Source: Nannocystales bacterium (GTDB lineage Bacteria > Myxococcota_A > Polyangia > Nannocystales > Nannocystaceae). From it: a stretch of 64,000 nucleotides of DNA. Within the stretch, counting starts at the first letter, position 1, and every line of letters starts with the position of its first letter. The notes beneath the pieces were generated by a model. It was not told the origin of the DNA, did no database searches, and saw only the letters and a list, made by a program, of their open reading frames with translations. Positions 40,580 through 51,800 of this stretch are shown here, one piece after another. The DNA lies in the NCBI GenBank assembly GCA_050633305.1, contig JBOEGF010000005.1, positions 416,001-480,000 of the forward strand, in the 5' to 3' direction. A program made the position numbers and the translations under genes.

Positions 40580-43500
40580 CTAGCCGCCGAGCTTCGCGTC
40601 GACCTTGTCGATGCGTCGCGCGGCGGACGCTACGCCAAGCTCGTCCGCCTCGACGTAGTGCTTGCGTGCCTTCGAAAAACGGCCGAGCTTGAAGTAGGTG
40701 TCCCCTAGGAGCAGGCGGTACTTCGCGTTGCCGGGGACCTTGCGTACCGCTTTCTCCAAGTAGGAGGCGGCCTTCTTGTATTCGCCGCGGTTGAAGGCTC
40801 CGTTGCCCAACTCCGCGAGCTCGGATGCCGGGGCGCCTCGGGTACTCGGGGATGGCGTGGAGTCACCGCCCGTGGGCTTACGCGGTGACGCGGGCTTCTT
40901 CGGCTTCGCGGGCTTGGGGGCTTGTTTCGCGGCGGTGGACTTCTTCGCCTGAGGTCTCTTGGTCTCTGGCTCTGGCTCTGGCTCTGGCTCGACAGGCTCT
41001 GGCTCTGCTGCGGGCTCCGGTTCCGGGGTCGCAGGCTTCGGATCGACGACGGGCGGAGGCTCTGCGGCGGGGGGGGGTGAAGAGGACGCGAGTTTTTCCG
41101 GGTCGTCGTCCGAGGGGCCGAGCAACACGACGCCGAGGGCGAGAACGCCGACGCCTGCGGCAATGCCGAGCCACAGCGCCCAAGGCTTCCGCGGGGAGTC
41201 GAACTCGTCGTCGAAGTCCTCCGTTGTTCCGCCGAAGTCGGCCGCGGCGGGAACGGGCTGAGGCTGAGCGCCCGGCGTTGAGACTTGGGTTCGGTCGACA
41301 ACGGGCTGAGGGGCGAAGGGGTCGTCCGCCCGGGCGTCGAGCGGAGCTCCTTGGGCTTGGGCCGCTGGCGGAGTGACCAGGATCGGCGCGGGGGCGGGGG
41401 CGGGCGCCGGAGCAACGGGCCCCAGCACGGGATTCGGCTCAGATGCGGGGAGGGGGTCTTCTGCGGGAGCGGCGACGGGAGCAGGGATAGGGGCGGCGAC
41501 GGGAGCAGGGATAGGGGCGGCGACCGGGGGCGCGGGGATGGGGGCCGCGGGCGCTGGCGCGGGTTCTGGTTGCGGGTCCGAGCGGGGCTCGGGTGGCGCG
41601 GCCGGAGCCTCAGCCTCAGGTGCCGACAACGGCGGCTGCGAGGGGGCGGGCGCTGTTCGGGCAGGCTCCCGAGCTTCGGGCTCGGAGTCGGCGAACGGGG
41701 ACACCCGAGGCGCGGACATGTCTTCCGGCGCAGGGTTCTGTTCCCGCTCTACGGGGCCGACAAACGGGATTTTGCGGGGGACCGAGACGGCCTCGGGCGC
41801 CTCGTCTTCAGCCCCGGTCCACGTCGTGAGCAGGTCGCTGTTCTTGAGCCCGTCTTCCGCAGCGGGCAACGAGACCGGGGGGGGAGGTGGCAATCCTTGG
41901 GCGCCGAGTGGCGGCGGCGCGGGCATCGGGACCGAGCCTGGGGCGATCGGAGCCCGCCGCGGAGCCGGCTTGGGAACCGAAGTCGACGCGGCAGGGGGTG
42001 GCGGGGCCGGTGCCCGCGCGGCAAATGGCGGCACCTTCGGTGCAGCACCCGGTCCAGGGTACCGAACCGGTGGTTTCGGCTTCGCAGCGGGCGGTGGGAC
42101 GAAGCTCGAACCCTTCACCACGCCGCGTTTCATGGTCTGGGCGGTCGTCGCGGGGGCGACCGGGGTGGGGATCCCCGTCCCTGACTCCATCATGTGCGCG
42201 GGCTTTGGGAATGCCTTGGCGTTGGGTCGGGTGGCAAGGTTGTCGAGGTCCTCGCGCTCGTCCGTCGAAGCGGGCGGGCGCTGCGGAATGGTGACGCGAC
42301 TGACCGCGGTCACTGCACCATCGAACTCGTCGGAGTCTTTCCTGGCTCCCTTGACGACGGGGGACGATTGACCGAGGGACGGAGGAGCCCGGTGAACATG
42401 CAGGGGCGCCGTCCCTTTCTTCGGTGCCGCCTTGGGGATGCCCGTGAACTTTGGCGCACCGAGGTTGGAGTTGGACGACGGGCCCTTCGGTCGCGGAATC
42501 GAGAGTGGACGGGTGCTCGACTTGGGAACAGGTGCAGGCATTCCCGGAGCCGGACGTGCTCCTGCCCGCTTCACATGTTCTTTGCGCTTGGCCTCGACCT
42601 TGGCCGCGAGTGCTTCGGCTTCGTCCACGGTGATCGGTCTGGACTCGGCGACGTCCACGACAGACGGTGCGCCCAGACCCGACTCGTCCGGCCTCTGACC
42701 TTGAAGCCCTTGAAGGATCGCGCGCCGACGAACTTCGTCCACGCGCGGGATGGGAAGGTCGTCCCAAGGGGTGTGAATGTCTGCGTCGATCTGGGCGAGG
42801 CAGAGCTCGGCCTCCAGGTCGGCCATGTCCTCGAACCGGTCCTCGGCGTCCTTGGCGAGGCAGCGATGGATCACATCGATGAGGCCTTGCGGGGGCAAGC
42901 CTGTGGACCGAAGTCGAGCCGCGATTGGCATCGGGTCTTCGATCGCGTGACGTCGAGAGACGGCGACGGCGTTCCCGGTTCGGAACGGAGGCGAGCCCGT
43001 GAGCATCGTGTAGCCGATGCAGCCGACCAGGTAGAGGTCTTCGCGCTCGGTCCGCGAGAGCCCGAGGATTCGCTCGGGGGTGACGGGGTGGCTGCCAGCG
43101 TTGCTGTCGGGGATCTGCAGGTCGGCATTCATCAGCCCCTGCAGCGCGAAGTCGGTGAGCACGACGCTGTCGGGTCGACCCTGGGCGCTGGTCAGGAGCA
43201 CGCTGCCGACGCTCAGCGCTCCGTGTGCGACGCCGGCGCGGTGGGCCAGGCCGAGCGCCCGAACGATTTGCCGCAGGATGGCGACCACCCGCGGCGCGGG
43301 GAGTGCCTTGCGTCCGAGTTGCTGGCTGAGGGCGCTGGCGTTGAGGAACTCGGTGACGACAGCGACACGGTCATCCGGGTAGGGGACGACGTCGATGACG
43401 CCGTTGATCGACGCATCGATGACCCCGCCCAGGACGTTGGCCGTCGCGCGTGCTGCATCGAGGTGTCCTGCTGTGAGTTGTCGAGCCGGATGCAGGAGGG

Positions 43501-43813
43501 TCAGGACGACCCGATCTCCGGTGGCCGAGTCGACCGCCGTGAACACGTCGCCGAGCGGGTGTGTCCATCGTCGCCCTCGGGTTCGGTACCGTGAACTTGC
43601 TTCCGAGGCTTGGTCGGGCGTCGAACGACGGACCGTGCGCTGGTCATCCCCGGAACCCGGTGGGCTCGGCGGGCTGCGATGTACACGCGTCGCGTCGCCA
43701 TCCACGGGCGAGAGCGCGGGAGGCTGGATTCGAGGCGCTCCCCCACGCTTCCGGAGTCCTCCCGATGGAGGTGGTGGTGGTGGGGCTTTGCGGCCGGGGC
43801 GGTCCGACGACAA
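40580..43813 (-). CDS. Membrane-anchored Ser/Thr pseudokinase with a long Pro-rich linker and C-terminal TPR
   Basis: Kinase fold with HGALS in place of HRDLK, TDFA, TPE, DLYLVG; TM segment WALWLGIAAGVGVLALGVVLL; TPR-like LGNGAFNRGEY...LGDTYFKLG. Confidence 0.85.
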   Translation of the reverse strand: MSSDRPGRKAPPPPPPSGGLRKRGGAPRIQPPALSPVDGDATRVHRSPPSPPGSGDDQRTVRRSTPDQASEASSRYRTRGRRWTHPLGDVFTAVDSATGDRVVLTLLHPARQLTAGHLDAARATANVLGGVIDASINGVIDVVPYPDDRVAVVTEFLNASALSQQLGRKALPAPRVVAILRQIVRALGLAHRAGVAHGALSVGSVLLTSAQGRPDSVVLTDFALQGLMNADLQIPDSNAGSHPVTPERILGLSRTEREDLYLVGCIGYTMLTGSPPFRTGNAVAVSRRHAIEDPMPIAARLRSTGLPPQGLIDVIHRCLAKDAEDRFEDMADLEAELCLAQIDADIHTPWDDLPIPRVDEVRRRAILQGLQGQRPDESGLGAPSVVDVAESRPITVDEAEALAAKVEAKRKEHVKRAGARPAPGMPAPVPKSSTRPLSIPRPKGPSSNSNLGAPKFTGIPKAAPKKGTAPLHVHRAPPSLGQSSPVVKGARKDSDEFDGAVTAVSRVTIPQRPPASTDEREDLDNLATRPNAKAFPKPAHMMESGTGIPTPVAPATTAQTMKRGVVKGSSFVPPPAAKPKPPVRYPGPGAAPKVPPFAARAPAPPPPAASTSVPKPAPRRAPIAPGSVPMPAPPPLGAQGLPPPPPVSLPAAEDGLKNSDLLTTWTGAEDEAPEAVSVPRKIPFVGPVEREQNPAPEDMSAPRVSPFADSEPEAREPARTAPAPSQPPLSAPEAEAPAAPPEPRSDPQPEPAPAPAAPIPAPPVAAPIPAPVAAPIPAPVAAPAEDPLPASEPNPVLGPVAPAPAPAPAPILVTPPAAQAQGAPLDARADDPFAPQPVVDRTQVSTPGAQPQPVPAAADFGGTTEDFDDEFDSPRKPWALWLGIAAGVGVLALGVVLLGPSDDDPEKLASSSPPPAAEPPPVVDPKPATPEPEPAAEPEPVEPEPEPEPETKRPQAKKSTAAKQAPKPAKPKKPASPRKPTGGDSTPSPSTRGAPASELAELGNGAFNRGEYKKAASYLEKAVRKVPGNAKYRLLLGDTYFKLGRFSKARKHYVEADELGVASAARRIDKVDAKLGG

Positions 43814-43896
43814 GACCCCTCTAGGGTCTCACAGTCCACGGTGGGCGTCGCAGCAATTTCGTGGAGACCCCCATTGTTGCTACGCTCGGACCTGGA

Positions 43897-45009
43897 ATGC
43901 TGCGGATCGGAACGTGTGGGGGGACCCCCGGCCTAGGAAGTGCCGCGCTGGTCGCGGCCTTTTTTGTGGCTGTGAGCCCGTTGACCGCCCTTGGGGCGAA
44001 GCCAAAGGCCAAGACCCGGGTCGCGGTGATGCCCTTGTTGACGGAGGGGGACGTGCCGAGCGAGGTACGCTCGGAAGCTCGCGAAGAGGTCAAGGCCGCG
44101 CTCGAAAACAAGAACGTCGAGCTCGTCGACGGACGGCCGACCGGCGCAAACTGTACGGATTTTGAGTGCATCCACTCGGTTGCCGAGGACGCGGATGCGC
44201 AATGGGTGGTTCAGCCCGCGCTTTCGACCATCGACCACGACTACGGCATCGCGGTCCGACTGTTCGACGCAGCGGGCAACCTCAAGGCGGACGAAGCTTC
44301 AACCTGCGAGATCTGCAGCTATCCCGACGCGGTCGAGGCCCTTGTGACCGGCGCGAAGCAACTCAAGGTCCCGTTGCTGGAGTTGGTCGAGAATCCCTAC
44401 GGCGACCGCGAGCAGGAGACGCACGAAGCCGAGGCCATCTCCCGCTTTGCGATTCGTACCGAGCCCGAGGGCGCGTTGGTCAAAATCGATGGAGAGCGGG
44501 TTGGAAAGACGCCGCTCGAACTCGAGGTTGAGCCCGGCCTACGCGACATCGAGATCACACTGCGAAACCACAACGACGTGGTCGAGACGGTCCGCGCCCC
44601 GCGGGGGGGCTCGGAGATGCTCAACTACACGCTGACCAAGAACAACGAGAAGCAGACCCGGGCGTTGCGTATCACGGGTTGGACGTTCTCGATGTTGGGA
44701 GTCGGGCTGCTCGGCGCGGGCGTTCCGCTGCTCGCCCTCGAGGAGGAGCCGGTCAAGCGTCAGTGCTCGGGCAACGACGTCGACTTCGAAGGTCGCTGCC
44801 GATATCGCTACGACACCCTTCTGCCCGGTGCTCTGCTGACTGGCTTTGGGATCGCGTCCTTGTTGACCGGCATCACCACCGGGGTGATCGCTGCGTCCCG
44901 TCGCGACAAAGGCCCAAGCAACGGGACGCTTGATTCGATGGACGAGGACACGATTTCCGTGCGCCCGATCATCGGGCCGACCAGCGCTGGCGTGAGAGTG
45001 AGATTCTGA
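43897..45009 (+). CDS. PEGA domain-containing membrane protein
   Basis: IRTEPEGALVKIDGERVGKTP (PEGA); signal-like N-terminus; two TM segments; ends AGVRVRF. Start uncertain. Confidence 0.85.
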   Translation: MLRIGTCGGTPGLGSAALVAAFFVAVSPLTALGAKPKAKTRVAVMPLLTEGDVPSEVRSEAREEVKAALENKNVELVDGRPTGANCTDFECIHSVAEDADAQWVVQPALSTIDHDYGIAVRLFDAAGNLKADEASTCEICSYPDAVEALVTGAKQLKVPLLELVENPYGDREQETHEAEAISRFAIRTEPEGALVKIDGERVGKTPLELEVEPGLRDIEITLRNHNDVVETVRAPRGGSEMLNYTLTKNNEKQTRALRITGWTFSMLGVGLLGAGVPLLALEEEPVKRQCSGNDVDFEGRCRYRYDTLLPGALLTGFGIASLLTGITTGVIAASRRDKGPSNGTLDSMDEDTISVRPIIGPTSAGVRVRF

Positions 45010-45320
45010 TGAAGCGACTGATCTTCGGCCTTGTGCTTCTTCCTGCGTGCATCGAGGACAATCCGTTCTTCGTTGAGACAGACGGCCCAACGACCGGGTT
45101 CGTGGCACCTGACCAGACCATGGGCGACACGTCGTCGACCGGCACGACGGGCGCCATGACGTCGTCGGGCTCGTCGTCGGGCTCCAGCTCGTCGAGTGAC
45201 GCGTCGTCGAGCGGCTCGTCGTCGAGTTCCAGCTCGTCGAGTTCTACGGAAGACGACTCAGGTGACTCGAGCGACTCGGCTTCATCGACGAGCAGCTCGA
45301 GCACCACCTCGACTACGTGA
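45009..45320 (+). CDS. Small Ser/Thr-rich lipoprotein
   Basis: MKRLIFGLVLLPAC lipobox; TGATG overlap with the PEGA gene stop. Confidence 0.7.
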   Translation: MKRLIFGLVLLPACIEDNPFFVETDGPTTGFVAPDQTMGDTSSTGTTGAMTSSGSSSGSSSSSDASSSGSSSSSSSSSSTEDDSGDSSDSASSTSSSSTTSTT

Positions 45321-46419
45321 GACCGAGTCGATGGCTCCGGTCGCGGATCTCCGCGTCCGCGCCAAAGACCGACGCAAACACGGCCGCTCGGATCCACATC
45401 CCGTTGCGGACCTGTCGCCAGACGACGAATCCGGGGTGGTCTTCCCACGCGTCGGGGAGCTCGTTGACCCGAGGCAGCGGGTGCATCAACACGCAGTCCG
45501 GCCGGATAAGCTTGCGGTACTCGTGGTGAAGGATGAACTCGTCGGGCGCACCGAGTTTTTTGTTCGCGTCGGGCTGACCTGCGGTGCTGCCCTTGTCCCA
45601 CTCCTGCTGGAGGCGAGTCATGTACATCGCATCGATGCCCTCGCCGTGGTCTCGCAACACGGGCTCGATCGCGTTGTGGACCTGTACCTCGATGTCATGG
45701 CCGCGGATGTACGCCAGGAGTTCGTCGTCCGGCGCATGGGCTTCAGGCGAGACGAAGTGGATCTTCGGCTTGTCGAACTTGGTCAACAGGTACGCAAGCG
45801 ACCGCGCGGCTCGGTTGCGGGCGATGTCGCCGACGATCATCACGGTCTTGCCGTCGACGCCGCCCCGCTCGGCAAGCGAGTAGCGAAGCGTGTAGAAGTC
45901 GAGCAACGATTGGGTGACGTGCTGACTCTTGCCGCTGCCAGCGGAGATGACGGGAATCGTCCGTTGTGTTGTGGACAGCGCCCACGATGCTCGCGCTCCG
46001 AAGTCGTCGTCCGGGTGGCGGGCAACAATGGCGTCGAAGAAGCTCGACAGGGTTCGCACACTGTCTTCGACGGACTCGCCCTTCGAGAATGAGCTGGTCC
46101 GGATGTCCGAAACCAGCCGGCTGGTCGCCCCGAGCTTGTCGGCTGCGGCGACGAACGACTCGGCTGTCCTGGTGCTCGGCTGCGCGAACAGGTTCATGAT
46201 GCGGGCACCTCGCAGTAGGTTGCGCAGGTACTCGCGTCCCTCGACGTGTCGGTCCAGGCGCCGAATTGCCGTAGCCGTGTCGCAGAGGTTGCCGAGCTCC
46301 TCCTTGCTGAACTGTTGCGAGATCAGCACAAAAAAGTGCCGACCATCACGTTTGAGAACTTTTGCTCGCCGGCTGCGGCTGGCGAGACTGTCGCGAAACT
46401 CTTCGAACGTCAGATCCAT
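45313..46419 (-). CDS. pyrB: Aspartate carbamoyltransferase catalytic chain
   Basis: PSTRT, KGES..D, RHP, HVTQ, YMTRLQQE, MHPLPR, Q..NG..IR.A. Confidence 0.85.
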   Translation of the reverse strand: MDLTFEEFRDSLASRSRRAKVLKRDGRHFFVLISQQFSKEELGNLCDTATAIRRLDRHVEGREYLRNLLRGARIMNLFAQPSTRTAESFVAAADKLGATSRLVSDIRTSSFSKGESVEDSVRTLSSFFDAIVARHPDDDFGARASWALSTTQRTIPVISAGSGKSQHVTQSLLDFYTLRYSLAERGGVDGKTVMIVGDIARNRAARSLAYLLTKFDKPKIHFVSPEAHAPDDELLAYIRGHDIEVQVHNAIEPVLRDHGEGIDAMYMTRLQQEWDKGSTAGQPDANKKLGAPDEFILHHEYRKLIRPDCVLMHPLPRVNELPDAWEDHPGFVVWRQVRNGMWIRAAVFASVFGADAEIRDRSHRLGLT

Positions 46420-46560
46420 GGCGATCTCCGGGGTGTGGGCCGCCGCGGAATTTACCTCAGCCGTGTGACAGGACGGCTGCAGGAATTGCGAAGCCCCGCG
46501 CCTGACCCACCAAAGAGGGGGCAGGGACGGGGCCTTCCGAGTGAGTTCGCGCGCGCGATC

Positions 46561-47988
<1,428 letters not shown>

Positions 47989-48034
47989 GGCGCGCACTGT
48001 AGCAGGCTCACGCACCTGGGGGGAGCCGGCGCGT

Positions 48035-48238
48035 TCAGCCCTTGTCTGCGGGTTCGGCTTGAAGCGTTTCCAGGGTCGCAGCGAGCTTCAGCAGCCGTTC
48101 TGCAAGCTTTCGCGTCTGTTCCGCATCGAGCTCGACCGGCATCCCCTTCGCGGTGACGGCTTTGAGTTGGACGCAACGAGGCGCATCCACCCAGGCGAGG
48201 GCTTCTTTGACCCGGACCATTTCCGCCGTCGTGTTCAT
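48035..48238 (-). CDS. Small hypothetical protein (67 aa)
   Basis: MNTTAEMV...VQLKAVTAKGMPVELDAEQTRKLAERLLKLA; protein-like composition; fills the intergenic gap. Confidence 0.6.
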   Translation of the reverse strand: MNTTAEMVRVKEALAWVDAPRCVQLKAVTAKGMPVELDAEQTRKLAERLLKLAATLETLQAEPADKG

Positions 48239-48309
48239 CCGGCGCGGACGATACCAGAAGCAGAGGACCAGCGTCATGCACGCCCGGATGTCGCGGTACG
48301 GTACCGAGG

Positions 48310-48762
48310 ATGGGTCGGTTTCTTTCCGCGGTGTTGCTGGGTGGGTTGATCGGGTGCTCCTCAGAGCCCGACTCGTTGCGGGAGGCGGCGCGGTCCGTTC
48401 AGGACGAGGCCGAACTCTCCTCGCCACGCCCGATTCTCAACGTCCACGATCTGCAGGCCAGCTTTCGGTACTACCGAGACGAACTCGGCTTCGCGGTGGA
48501 CTGGGAGCACGGTGACCCGCCGGACTTTGGCTCGGTGAGCCGCGGCGACGCCGTGGTCTTCTTGTGCGAAGGCTGCCAAGGAACGCCGGGGGCGTGGATG
48601 ATGGTGTTCGCACGGGACGTGGACGCCCTACATGCGGAGTACGCTGAGACCGACGCGAAGATTCGACTGGCTCCCAAGGACATGCCATGGGGCATCCGAG
48701 AAATGCATGTCTCGGACCTGGACGGCAACGTGATCCGCTTCGGGACCGGCGAGGACGAGTAG
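48310..48762 (+). CDS. VOC/glyoxalase/bleomycin-resistance family protein with an apparent lipoprotein signal
   Basis: PILNVHDLQASFRYYRDELGF, DVDALH, PWGIREM...DLDGNVIRFG; N-terminal LLGGLIGC. Confidence 0.88.
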   Translation: MGRFLSAVLLGGLIGCSSEPDSLREAARSVQDEAELSSPRPILNVHDLQASFRYYRDELGFAVDWEHGDPPDFGSVSRGDAVVFLCEGCQGTPGAWMMVFARDVDALHAEYAETDAKIRLAPKDMPWGIREMHVSDLDGNVIRFGTGEDE

Positions 48763-48809
48763 GTCTCCCTTGGGCCGTGCTCGGGATCGTCTGCAGCGCG
48801 CGTAGCCGG

Positions 48810-51800
48810 TTATCGCGGCTGGACGACAACAAACCTGTCTCGGAGACCTTCCGGGCCGGCGAGGTACTGCATGGCGGTCTCGCTCTCGGTCGCGTTGACG
48901 TAGTCGCGCAGCAACCCGAGGAGGCGAGACTGGCTGTCTTCGTCCAGCGCGGCGGACTGAACGTAGTCGGTGTTGATCCGGTGCTCCTGATCCCGGGGGA
49001 GGAACAAGAGACCGCCGGTCATTCCGGCGCCGGCGTTGGCGGCGATGGGCCCGAGGACAGCGACCTCGCCCCCCGTCATGTACTCGCAAGCATGCAGACC
49101 GGTGCCTTCGACGACGGCCCGGGCTCCACTGTTGCGAACCGCGAACCGGTCCCCTGCGCGCCCGTAGATCCAGACCTCCCCTCCCGTGGCTCCGTACAGC
49201 GCACCGTTTCCGATGATTGCGTTGTGGGCGGGGTCGAACGGGGCTTCGGGCGCCGGACGGACGACGAGGGTGCCGCCCGCCATCGACTTCGCGACGGAGT
49301 CGTTGGCTTCGCCGTGCAGGACGACGTGCATCCCAGCGACCGCAAATGCGGCGAGACCCTGGCCGGCGCTTCCGGACAACTCGAGTGTGATGGCGCCGCG
49401 CTTGGGCCACAGCGCAACGCTCTTGTTGTCGACCCGATTCGATGTTCGGACCTCGGCGGCCCGCCGGGCGAGCGCGCCTGCCAACCCTGCCCCCACGGCG
49501 CGGTCGAGGTTCGTGATGGCTCGAGACACGAGGGCCGCTCCGTTGTCGTCGAGCTGGCGTAGGGCTTCGGTGGTCAAGGCAACCTCGCGAGAACGATCGG
49601 GCATTGACGGTTCGGGCACATCCCGCGGCGCGCGCCAAGCGATAGGCTCGAGCATCGGGCCGATGTCCAGCCCTCGTTCGACGATGAAGCGGTCGTGACG
49701 CGTCGCGGCACACAGCCACTGGCGCGCGCCGATGATGTCTTGCAGGGTCCGAACTCCGAGCGCTGCGAGATGGGCTCGGACTCCTTCGGCGAGTCGAGTC
49801 ACAAATGCCACGACGTGTTCTGGGGTCCCGGCGTACTTCGCCTTGAACTTCGGGTCGTGGGTCGCGATGCCGGTCGGGCAGCTGTTCTTCTCGCAGATGC
49901 GCGCCATGATGCACCCCTGTGCGATCAGCAGGCCCTTGCCAAACCCGAACTCCTCCGCGCCCAACGTCGCAGCCTTGATGATGTCGTCGGGGGTGCTCAG
50001 TCCTCCATCGACCCTGAGTCGCACCCGCGACCGCAAGCCGGTCTCGACAAGCCGCGCGTGCGCGTCGAGTAGGCCGAACTCCCAAGGCAGGCCGGCGTGG
50101 CGCATCGACGAGATCGAGGCCGCACCGGTTCCGCCGTCGCCTCCCGAGATCTGGATGACGTCGGCGCCGGCTTTCGCCACGCCGCAGGCGATCGTGCCGA
50201 CGTTGGAACCGGAGACCAGCTTCACGCAGACGGCGGTTCCGGCACTGAGCTGCTTGAGCTCGTAGATCAACTCGGCCAGGTCTTCGATGCTGTAGATGTC
50301 GTGCATCGGGGGGGGCGAGATCAGGCTGACGCCGGCGGTCGCGAACCGGGCCCGCGCGATTTGTGCATCCACCTTCACTCCCATCAGCTGGCCGCCTTCG
50401 CCAGGTTTGGCCCCTTGGGCGATCTTGATCTCGATCTCATCACCTGTGACGAGGTACTCCGCCGTCACACCGAAGCGGCCAGAGGCGATCTGCTTGGTCA
50501 CGGCCGTGATGCCGTGGCTGAAGTAGTACGGGTTCTCGCCGCCTTCTCCGCTGTTGCAGCGGGCGCCTACGGATCGCATCGCGATGAAAATGTCGCGCTG
50601 GGACTCGGCATTGATCGCGCCGAAGGACATCGCACCGGAGCCGAATCGTCGCAGGATGTCAGGGGCTGGCTCGACCTCGTCCAAGGGAACGGCGGGGTTC
50701 CCTTCACGCAGGGCGAGGAGGTCGCGCGGGTTCACGGGCGCGACGGCGTCGCCGTGGTGCAGATAGCGCTCCCAAATCTCGGACTCGGTCCGACCCCGGA
50801 GCCGACCGCGAACGAGGTCGTGCACGAGCCGGCTTCGTTGGGCGGTCATGACGTGTCGCTCTCCGAAGGTGGGGTCGTCGGTTTGCCAGGCGCCTTTGCG
50901 CTCTTTGAGCTGGTAGGTCGAAGGCTGCGGTGCCGAGAGTTCGCCGCGTTCTGCCCAAGACCAGGCGCGCTCGAGGGCCGCCGCCAGTTGGTGGAGTTCC
51001 AGACCTCCGATGGGGCTGCAGGTGGTGCCGAAGTAGTCCTCGACCAGGGCATGTCCGAGGCCGACGGGCGTGAAGAGTTTGCTGCTCTGGTAGCTCCGGA
51101 CGACGGAGATCCCCATCTTGGCCATGACCTTCAGCAGACCGCCCAACAGCGCGTCGATCAGCTGTTTCTCCCGGGCCTCGGCGGCTTCGGGGCCATCCGC
51201 TTCGAAGCGCGCGATCTCCAGCGCAAGGCGAGGGCAGACCGCCGTCGCGCCGAACCCGATCGTGCACGCGAGCGCGTGGGTCGTGCGGACATCGCCAGCC
51301 TCCACGACCACGCTCGCCTCGAGGCGGTGCCCGTGTCGGTTGAGCGTGGTGACCACCGAGCGCAAGGCCAGGAGGCTCGGGACGGGTGGGTTGTCTGCCG
51401 AGGCTGTTCGGTCAGAGAGCAGCAGCACCGAGGTTCCTGAGCGGACGGCCTCGAGCGCGGACTGCCCGATCCGCCACAGCGCCTCCTGCAGAGCCTCGCC
51501 GCCGCCCTCTCGTGCATAGGTGGTCGCAATCTCGGTCGAGAGGGTGCGAAGCCCGGTCGGCAGCCGGATGCTCATCGCCCGCAACACCTCGATCTGCTCG
51601 AGCCGCAGGATCGGGTCGGCCAGCTCCAGCGCTGGCGTTGGAGGGATGAGTTCGGCCGGCGAGAAGATGTTCGGTCGCCTTCCGAGGTGCGTCGCGAGGT
51701 TCGTGACCATCGCCTCCCGCAAGTAGTCGAGCGGGGGGTTGGTGACCTGTGCGAAATCCTGGACGAAGAAGTCGAAGAACGAGCGCGGTTGGTCGGAGAA

